A stretch of DNA of 58,206 bases from an uncultured Clostridia bacterium (GTDB taxonomy: Bacteria > Bacillota > Clostridia > Oscillospirales > Ruminococcaceae). Below the pieces are notes generated by a model that saw nothing but the letters and a program-made list of their open reading frames with translations, ran no database searches and had not been told where the DNA came from. Numbering within the stretch: position 1 is the first letter of the stretch; each line of letters opens with the position of its first letter. A program made the position numbers and the translations under genes. Below, one piece after another: positions 23,696 through 30,960 of the stretch. The stretch lies in the NCBI GenBank assembly GCA_947588775.1, contig CANPZQ010000001.1:1-58206 (forward strand), in the 5' to 3' direction.

Positions 23696-26620
23696 TTAAT
23701 CCTTGGGAACTTCGATGCCGAGTTCCTCATATTTACGGATAATCTCGTCGTTGATGTCCCTGTTGTACCAGACGAGCGTATCGCGCGGGTTTGTTGCCTG
23801 GTTTACCGTTTCACGGAAGGCGTTTGTGATGTTACGGGTTACGATGTAGGTTGCGGGAATGATGTCTATATCGACGGTGTTGTCCATCTGAGCCCTAATC
23901 TTATCGAGCTCGGTCTGGTTCCACGCAAGCTGTCCCAGAGCCTCGCGGTTAGCGGTTTCAAATCTGCCCATCGGGCCGAGGAGGGCTTCAATCGAGCGTC
24001 CGTACTCGGACTGTACCTCGGCGGAGGTGAACCACTTGATGAGCTCCCAAGCGTCGGAACGCTGTTTTTCGTTGAGCTTCGAGAAGATAATCGCGCCGGC
24101 GGAGGAAGAAGTGGTCGAGCGGTTTATAGTGCCGTCGGCTGCCGCGGTGCCGGGGATAGCGTCGAACTGCCAGAGTCCGCGGATTTCGGGGGCGGCCATA
24201 TAGAGCTGGTTGTAGAAGGTGTAGCCGGTGATGACAATCGGATATTCACCGGTTCTGAAACGTGTGAACTGGTCGAAGGTCTGCTCGAAGGAGTAGGTCG
24301 AGTAGAACTTGCACCACATCTCGAACGCTTCAACGGCGTCCTGCTGCTCGAAGATGGTCTTGGTCTTGCTTTCGTTGTAGTAACCGAGGCCGCGCTGTAC
24401 CATGAACGTACCGTAGACGTCGAAGTTGAAGCCTACGCCCATGTAGCTTCTCTGAAGAGTAGGAAGCATGTCTATGAGCTCAAGCCATGTGTCGGGGCCT
24501 TTGTCGAAGCCGAAGCCCGCCAGAACGTCGTTGCGGCAGAACATCATCGAGAAGGTCTGGGAAATCGGGAGCCCGTAAACGCCGTCTTGGTAGGTGTAGA
24601 GCGTCATTACGTTGGGCGCGAATCTCTTTGTCACTTCTTCGTAGTCGGGGAACTGCGAAACGTCGACGAGGCAGTCGCGCGCCGCCAGCTGAATCGGGAG
24701 GTCGCCGCCGACGAAGAGAACTACGTCCGGTCCCTTACCCGCGAGGGTGGATTCAAGAATACCGCCCTGAACGAGGTTGATGTTTACCGGGATTCCGGTG
24801 TCCTCGACGAAGTAGGAGTCGACAAGCTCTTTTACTATCTGCGCCTGGTCGCGTCCGAGGGATACCCAGACGTTGAGGGCGGCCTTGTTGTCCTCGGAAA
24901 GGACGTTATAGTCCTCGAAGAAGGAGCCTAAGAAGGAGCGGAAGCTGAAGGAAAGCTGCTTGAAGAAGTTTTCCTTAATCGGACTGAACTGCTTTTCGGC
25001 GGAGGCGATTTCGATTATATCGACCTCGAGAGCCTGAGAGCGGTAGTCCGCCATCCACTGGGAGAGCGAGGAGATGTTATCCTTAATCTGTCCGAGGCAC
25101 CCCGGAATGTCGTCCGGCTTCTTTACAAGCCTGTCGAGGAGCTTAGCCATCGTTTCCAGAGAAACCGCCTCGGTGCCGGAGGTTCCGGCGAGGGTTTCGA
25201 TTTCGGACTTGATGGTTCTGAGCTGCTGCGCGTAGGTCGCGAAGTCGTCGAGAATTCCGTCAATCTGATTCTGAATCATGTAGGTGTTGTATTCGTCGGG
25301 CGACGGGCCGGTAATCTGGAGAATCTGGCGATAGTAGCTGTTGAGGTAGTAGACAACGTCGTCAAGCTGCCGCATTATTCCGCCGATTTCGCCCGGCATC
25401 GCTTCGAGGCGAATGGTGTGTTCGCCCGCGTCGAGGTAGAAGTAGAGGGTGTTGCCGTCGGCGTCGGACGGGGTGACGCAGTCCCATGTCGTAGAATAGT
25501 AGAACTTAATCTGCTCCGCTTCCTCGCAGGGGACCTTGTCGTCTATGTAGAGCGTTCTGTTCGAGTAAAGTCCGCGCATCTGGTCCTGCTTCGCGCGGAT
25601 GCCGATTTTGTAGTATCCCGCCGTCGGAACCTCGAACGTCCAGCCGATATACTGGCCGGAGGTTTTCCAGTTCTCCTTGCCGATGGTGTTGTAAATCATC
25701 TTAGTCGGGTCGGAGGGGGAGGTAAGATAGGTGGAACGGTCGTACGTCGGATAGAGAGTAATATCGGACGCGATTGTCGGGTTCTCGCCCTCGATTGTGA
25801 TTAAGACGTCCTTGGTCGCGCCGGCCTTGGAAGCGTCGGTGGTGACGTTATCCTGCATTGCTGCGGGAAGCGGCACGTCCTCCTGAGTGAGGGTGATTTT
25901 GGAGATAGCGAATCTCGCCTTGTCCGAGATAAGGGTAACGGTGTGCTCGCCCTGCTCGAAATAGAATCCGAGCGCGCCGCTGAACAGGCCGTCCGAGTCC
26001 TTTAAGAAGGCCGTCTGCCAGCCCGTCGATTCCTCAAGGGTCGGGCGAATCTGGTTCCCGTGAACGTCGGTGCGGAAGCTTCTGTTTCCCGCGTCGTCGT
26101 AGACGAAGGATTTCTCCGCGCTTACCCAAATTTTCGGAAGCGAAATCTGCTCCGCGGTGTCGAACGGCGACTCGCCGTCGATTCTGAACGCGAATTCAAT
26201 GCTGTTCGCGGCACTCGCCAGCGCGTAGTAGTCCATCTTAACCGCATAAACGCCGGTTGCCGGGACGTTTATGTCAAAAGAAACCTCGCCGCTCGCGCCT
26301 TCCCAGACTAAAGCTTCAACGCCGTCGAGGGTATCGACGCGCGCTTCGGCCTCTTCCGACGCGTCGATGAAGTCGGCTCCGTTTACGGTGACTTCCTGAT
26401 TCGGACGCGGGTCGCCTGCGTGCTTGTCATAGTAAGTGCTGTAAGTGCGGGCTCTGTTTTCGTCGTCGAGCGACTGGGCGGACGTTTCCTTCGCCTCAAC
26501 CGGGGCTGCGGCGTCGGCGTCCGCGGCGTTGCCGTCGGCGTATACATAAGCCAATGTCGGCACTGTCATCACTAAAGCCAGTACAAGCGAGGTCAGACGC
26601 CTGAACATTTTGTCTTTCAC
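23696..26620 (-). CDS. giant extracellular solute-binding protein: signal peptide, two CBM-like beta-sandwich modules, helical linker, family-1 SBP domain
   Basis: two related modules ending GEHTVTLIS / GEHTIRLEA; C-terminal ~400 aa reads like a sugar SBP (NVWVSLG.., YGLPISQTFSMMF..); GTG 26620 after AAAGGTGGA (alternatives 26608, 26638). Confidence 0.7.
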   Translation of the reverse strand: MKDKMFRRLTSLVLALVMTVPTLAYVYADGNAADADAAAPVEAKETSAQSLDDENRARTYSTYYDKHAGDPRPNQEVTVNGADFIDASEEAEARVDTLDGVEALVWEGASGEVSFDINVPATGVYAVKMDYYALASAANSIEFAFRIDGESPFDTAEQISLPKIWVSAEKSFVYDDAGNRSFRTDVHGNQIRPTLEESTGWQTAFLKDSDGLFSGALGFYFEQGEHTVTLISDKARFAISKITLTQEDVPLPAAMQDNVTTDASKAGATKDVLITIEGENPTIASDITLYPTYDRSTYLTSPSDPTKMIYNTIGKENWKTSGQYIGWTFEVPTAGYYKIGIRAKQDQMRGLYSNRTLYIDDKVPCEEAEQIKFYYSTTWDCVTPSDADGNTLYFYLDAGEHTIRLEAMPGEIGGIMRQLDDVVYYLNSYYRQILQITGPSPDEYNTYMIQNQIDGILDDFATYAQQLRTIKSEIETLAGTSGTEAVSLETMAKLLDRLVKKPDDIPGCLGQIKDNISSLSQWMADYRSQALEVDIIEIASAEKQFSPIKENFFKQLSFSFRSFLGSFFEDYNVLSEDNKAALNVWVSLGRDQAQIVKELVDSYFVEDTGIPVNINLVQGGILESTLAGKGPDVVLFVGGDLPIQLAARDCLVDVSQFPDYEEVTKRFAPNVMTLYTYQDGVYGLPISQTFSMMFCRNDVLAGFGFDKGPDTWLELIDMLPTLQRSYMGVGFNFDVYGTFMVQRGLGYYNESKTKTIFEQQDAVEAFEMWCKFYSTYSFEQTFDQFTRFRTGEYPIVITGYTFYNQLYMAAPEIRGLWQFDAIPGTAAADGTINRSTTSSSAGAIIFSKLNEKQRSDAWELIKWFTSAEVQSEYGRSIEALLGPMGRFETANREALGQLAWNQTELDKIRAQMDNTVDIDIIPATYIVTRNITNAFRETVNQATNPRDTLVWYNRDINDEIIRKYEELGIEVPKD

Positions 26621-26683
26621 TTTAAATCCACCTTTCATCTTGTTTTGAATGATTTATATTCTCCGTTTGGGTTATAAAGAAGT

Positions 26684-27601
26684 TTATTGAGCCTTGTGGA
26701 TATAGATGCGCTCGTTTTCAAGGTCCAAATCCGCCTTGACCTTCGATCCGCCCTTGATTTCAAGGGCTTCGAGGTAATCCTTCGGAATCTGGAGCCGCCC
26801 GGTTCTGTCGAGAACAACGAGCTCCTCCGAAACCTCCTCGGGAGCGGCCTCGCCGGCGTCCCCGGTGTCCCAGCCCTTCGATTCGTTCATAATCTCGGCG
26901 TGGGATTTTTTGATTATCTCGCTCGAGGTCCGGCCGTCGCGAATCGCAACGACGCGGTCGATTTGCTTTGCAAGCCTAAGGTCGTGGGTTACGATTACGA
27001 CCGTTACGCCTCTCGTGCGGTTTATATCCTTAAACACCCCAAGAAGCTGGTCGGAGGTCTTTGTATCGACCGAGCCCGTGGGTTCGTCCGCAAGCAGAAT
27101 CGCGGGGTTATTCGCGAGCGAAATCGCTATCGCGACTCTCTGCTGCTCGCCGCCCGACATCTGGTCGAGGCGGGAATTTATCCTGTTTGAAAGCCCGACG
27201 GCTTCTAAAAGCTCAAGAGCCCTTTCTCTGCGCTGTTTCTGCCCCTGAAGGAGCATCGGCAGCTCGACGTTCTGTACGGCGGTGAGATACGGCACCAAAT
27301 TTCGCGCGTTGTTCTGCCAGACGAAGCCGACGGTGTTGCGCTTATATACCATATAGTCCTCTTCGGTGAATTTAAGAAGATTCCTGCCGTTTACGGTAAG
27401 GCTTCCCGCCGATGGCTTATCGAGGCCGCCGAGCATATTCAGAAGCGTGGATTTGCCGCTTCCCGAGGTGCCGACAATCGCGACAAGCTCGCCTTTTTTG
27501 ACCTGTAAATCGAGCCCCTGGAGCGCGACGACCTCTATTTGGTCAGTCTTGTAGATTTTAACAAGGTTCTCGCACTCGATTGCGTACTCGCTTTCGGCCA
27601 T
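26684..27601 (-). CDS. MacB/LolD-type ABC ATPase with ~80-aa C-terminal extension (AbrB/SpoVT-like by eye)
   Basis: GTSGSGKSTLLNMLGGLD, MSGGEQQRVAIA, ILLADEPTGSVD; tail ..VLDRTGRLQIPKDYLEALEIKGGSKVKADLDLENERIYI; start ATG 27601 uncertain (short RBS spacing). Confidence 0.75.
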   Translation of the reverse strand: MAESEYAIECENLVKIYKTDQIEVVALQGLDLQVKKGELVAIVGTSGSGKSTLLNMLGGLDKPSAGSLTVNGRNLLKFTEEDYMVYKRNTVGFVWQNNARNLVPYLTAVQNVELPMLLQGQKQRRERALELLEAVGLSNRINSRLDQMSGGEQQRVAIAISLANNPAILLADEPTGSVDTKTSDQLLGVFKDINRTRGVTVVIVTHDLRLAKQIDRVVAIRDGRTSSEIIKKSHAEIMNESKGWDTGDAGEAAPEEVSEELVVLDRTGRLQIPKDYLEALEIKGGSKVKADLDLENERIYIHKAQ

Positions 27602-27638
27602 CAGCTCCTGCTCATGCTCGAGCTTTTTCTTTTTCTTT

Positions 27639-28316
27639 TTAGTCAACAATCTCACCGTCCTCAAGCGTATAAACCCTGTCCGCGATTTCAAGAAGGCTGA
27701 CGTCGTGGGTCGTCATTACAATCGTCATGTGCTCGTCTAAGACAAGCGTCTTAAACAGCTCCACGATGTGGTGGCTGGTGCCGGAATCAAGCTCCGCGGT
27801 CGGCTCGTCGGCGAAAATTATTTTCGGCTCATGCGCAAGAGCCCGCGCAATCGCAACTCTTTGCTGTTCGCCGCCCGAGAGCTCGCCGGGGCGGTGATGC
27901 ATTCTCTTCGCGAGGCCGACCTCTTCGAGGCACTTTGTCACCCGTTCCTGACGCTTTTCAAGCGGGAAGCCCGCAAGCCGAAGGCCGAAGTCGACGTTTT
28001 CGTAAGCCGTCATCGAGCTCATCAGCGCGACGCTCTGGAAAACGAACGCCATCTGGTAGCGGCGGAGCTCATCACGCTTTAAATCGCTGAGTTTAGTAAT
28101 GTCCTGCCCGTCGAAGATAACCTCGCCGCTTGTGGGGCGGTCGAGCGCGCCGAGCATGTTAATCAGCGTAGTTTTTCCGGAACCGGAGCGGCCCTTTAAT
28201 ATTGTAAGCTTGCCCTCGGCGACCTGAATATTTACGCCCTTGAGCGCGTGGACGACGGAGCCGTCGCCGATGACAAAATCGCGCGTGACGTTAGTTGCTG
28301 TCAAAAGTTCTGCCAT
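27639..28316 (-). CDS. MacB/LolD-type ABC ATPase (225 aa)
   Basis: GRSGSGKTTLINMLGALD, LSGGEQQRVAIA, IIFADEPTAELD; ATG 28316 follows GGAGG. Confidence 0.85.
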   Translation of the reverse strand: MAELLTATNVTRDFVIGDGSVVHALKGVNIQVAEGKLTILKGRSGSGKTTLINMLGALDRPTSGEVIFDGQDITKLSDLKRDELRRYQMAFVFQSVALMSSMTAYENVDFGLRLAGFPLEKRQERVTKCLEEVGLAKRMHHRPGELSGGEQQRVAIARALAHEPKIIFADEPTAELDSGTSHHIVELFKTLVLDEHMTIVMTTHDVSLLEIADRVYTLEDGEIVD

Positions 28317-28480
28317 TGTTCCTCCATAATCGCTTCGGGCGTTTTTGTGCATAATGCACAATCCGGCCCTGTAACAGTCCAAAACGACTTTAAGCAAATA
28401 CAGCTTTCACAAAAGGAGTGAACCCGTATTTGCTTTCTAACTAAAAATTTTTGATTGCGAATCGCTTTTCTTGTGCTATT

Positions 28481-28509
28481 ATTATAGCAAAGTGTAAAGC
28501 CGGTGTCAA
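28481..28509 (-). promoter_or_regulatory. sigma-A type promoter for the ATPase genes
   Basis: minus strand TTGACA (28509-28504), 17 nt, TATAAT (28486-28481). Confidence 0.6.
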
Positions 28510-28611
28510 GAGAAATCACGCAATTTCCACAAAAAAAATTTTGCCCGCAACAGGTAGCGAGCTGCGGCGCGGGGATTGTCTATATATAGTGTCCCGGGGC
28601 GGAGCGGGGGC

Positions 28612-28648
28612 AAAAAAATCGCCCCCGCCTGTCTGCATCAGGCGGGGG
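28612..28648 (-). terminator. intrinsic terminator of the 654-aa surface protein gene
   Basis: cccccgcctg / caggcggggg stem (28622-28648); T-run on the minus strand (A-run 28612-28618 on plus). Confidence 0.75.
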
Positions 28649-28691
28649 TATTTACCGTCATCTGACGGTTATCCTCATTTTTTCGGAGGAA

Positions 28692-30656
28692 TTAGTGCTT
28701 CTTGGAAGCAACGGCAGCAGCCGCAGCTACGAGCATCGGGAGAACGGCGAGAGCAACGCCGGTCTTCGGATTCTCTTCCTTAGCAGGCTCTTCGGTGTCG
28801 CCGAGGTTGACGGTGTCGTCGCCTTCGTCGTCGCCCTGCTGCTCAGTGGTGTCGGTAGGAGTATCGATGGTCTCGCCGCCAACTTCTTCAGCAGCCTCGG
28901 GGGTCTTGATTACGAGCTTAACGCCGGCAGTAGCCTGAACGGTAGCCTGAGCGTAACGAGTGCCGTTGATGTTACCCATGTCAGCACCGGTGTAAGCAGC
29001 TTCGCCGCAGCCGGTGAGGTCGGCAGAAGAATCGAAGAGGTAGGTCTTGATAGTAGTGCCGGCAGGGATAGCAGTGTTGTACTGTACGATGTGAGCCCAA
29101 GCTCCACCGGCAGCAGCGAGGTAATCCTTACCGCTGATGATGAGCGAGCCGTCGCTGGTCTGAGTGCAGTTAGTGCCGGGGATAAGCTCAACGCGTCCCT
29201 CGACGCCGGCACCCTGAAGGGAGAGTTTTACGCCACTCGGAACACCGGTAACAACGATTCTGTCGGTTTCGGCAATGCCGTCGATACCAACGCCGAATCC
29301 GCCGGATTCAAAGACAGCAGTCCAATCCCAAACGCCGGTAGCGACATCAAAGGTCTTGGTAGCAACCTTGGTGGCGTTGCCATTAGCGTCCTTCTTTACA
29401 TTGGCTTCCGGGAACGGAACGGAGCCGGAAACAAGTCCTCTACCGGCCTTACCGGAACGAGCGTAGTTGACCTTAGCGTTATCGAAGTAAGCAGGGGTCG
29501 GGTCAGCGTTGTAGCCGTGCTCGGGCCAGCTAAGTCTGCCAAGGGAGCCGGAACCGCCGGGAACCTTAGAGCCGTCGACGGTGAGGTAGTCCTTCATAAC
29601 GGTGGAGTTGAAGAGGGTGATGTCCTCGAAGATAACGAATTCATAGTTGAAGGTGCCATAGAGCTTATCGTAGAGAAGAGTTGCAGGAACATCGAAAACG
29701 AGTTCACTTGCAGTGCCGTCGAGCGGATAATCGTCTACGAAGGTTCTCTGGTCCTTATACTGCCACCAGTTGCCGAGGTTGTACTGGAAAGTAGAATCGG
29801 CGTAGTAGGTGGAGTTGTTGCGGTTAGCGTAAAGGGTGTAGGTAGCCTGACCAACGAGGTTGGTGGTAAGCGGAACTACGAGCTGTACGGTGTAGCCGTT
29901 CTCAGCAGCTTCTCTGATGTTCTTGCGGTTCTCAAGGGTGTGATCCCAAGTGAACGGAACGCGAGAAGAGTTAGAAGCGTCGGTGGACCACTCGTCAGTT
30001 ACGAAGTCGTAAGCGGCAGGAACAGGATTGGTGTCCTTGTTGGCGTTGATAATCCAGTTGCAAGCGTAGGAAACGGAGCCGTCAAGAGGCTTATCCTCGC
30101 CCTGCTTGTACCAACGGGCCTGCATCTCGGTGTCGTAGTAGTTGCCGCCGTTCTTAGCAGCAAAGATTCCTACAGGAATATCCTTGTCGCCGTCCATAGC
30201 CATCTCGCAGACGAGGTGGATGCTGGACCACTGGTTGAAGCTGGTGCTCTGCGGAATAGCAGTGTCGGTGCCGTTGAAGCTATGCGGCAGGTAAGAGAAG
30301 TAGATTACAGCAGTCTGAACTTCGCTGCCGTTAGTGTTCTTAACGGGGGTGCTGTTGAGGGAATAGAGCATACCGTCAACGCTGATGCTCCACTTCGCGC
30401 TGGTTGCGCTTACATCGGGGCCCCAGTTAATAGGAAGGTCGATTTCGATGCGGTCGCCCGCGTTAAGGTAGCCGTACATACCGTATACAGGAATGTCGAA
30501 GGTTACCTGGTAAGACGACTTCTTTGAACCGCCTCTGTTAGACCAATCGCTCGCGCTGGAGAACAGCGGAACTTCATAGTCGGCGAAAGCGGTAATCGCC
30601 ATTGCAGAAAGGGCGATTGTGACTGCCAGAACGACAGCCAAAATTTTCTTTGCCAT
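28692..30656 (-). CDS. secreted cell-surface protein with C-terminal NPKTG sorting signal, no recognisable catalytic domain
   Basis: signal peptide ..AITAFA/DYEV; C-terminus EENPKTG + hydrophobic stretch + KKH; strong RBS AAGGAGG; visibly different synonymous codon choice from neighbouring genes. Confidence 0.7.
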   Translation of the reverse strand: MAKKILAVVLAVTIALSAMAITAFADYEVPLFSSASDWSNRGGSKKSSYQVTFDIPVYGMYGYLNAGDRIEIDLPINWGPDVSATSAKWSISVDGMLYSLNSTPVKNTNGSEVQTAVIYFSYLPHSFNGTDTAIPQSTSFNQWSSIHLVCEMAMDGDKDIPVGIFAAKNGGNYYDTEMQARWYKQGEDKPLDGSVSYACNWIINANKDTNPVPAAYDFVTDEWSTDASNSSRVPFTWDHTLENRKNIREAAENGYTVQLVVPLTTNLVGQATYTLYANRNNSTYYADSTFQYNLGNWWQYKDQRTFVDDYPLDGTASELVFDVPATLLYDKLYGTFNYEFVIFEDITLFNSTVMKDYLTVDGSKVPGGSGSLGRLSWPEHGYNADPTPAYFDNAKVNYARSGKAGRGLVSGSVPFPEANVKKDANGNATKVATKTFDVATGVWDWTAVFESGGFGVGIDGIAETDRIVVTGVPSGVKLSLQGAGVEGRVELIPGTNCTQTSDGSLIISGKDYLAAAGGAWAHIVQYNTAIPAGTTIKTYLFDSSADLTGCGEAAYTGADMGNINGTRYAQATVQATAGVKLVIKTPEAAEEVGGETIDTPTDTTEQQGDDEGDDTVNLGDTEEPAKEENPKTGVALAVLPMLVAAAAAVASKKH

Positions 30657-30747
30657 AGTAGTTTTTCCTCCTTAAAAAATTTGGATAGGTTTTAATCCCT
30701 ATAAAGGATATAGGAATCTGTTTTGTCCGGGGTACCAGACGATAGAA

Positions 30748-30776
30748 AGTATATCACCGTTTTTGAGATTTGTCAA
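30748..30776 (-). promoter_or_regulatory. sigma-A type promoter of the surface protein gene
   Basis: minus strand TTGACA (30776-30771), 17 nt, TATACT (30753-30748). Confidence 0.6.
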
Positions 30777-30960
30777 CCCTTTTCCAATTTATTTTCTTGA
30801 AATCGGTAAATCCCGCGGCGAATTTCTCATCTTCGGCTCCCGCTGTGTAATAAGTGTCGGTTGCCCGCGGAATTGTTGCAGAAACTTTTGAAATTTTTTT
30901 CTTTTGTGAAAAATAGACAAGCGGCGAGGCTTTTGACCGCGCCGCCGTTGTTGATTTTGT

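Noticed and set aside
28695-30527. 610-aa plus-strand ORF
   Set aside because: It is fully antisense to the surface-protein gene, with a low-complexity Gly/Val/Ala/Ser translation and no RBS. This is a typical shadow ORF of a GC-rich gene.
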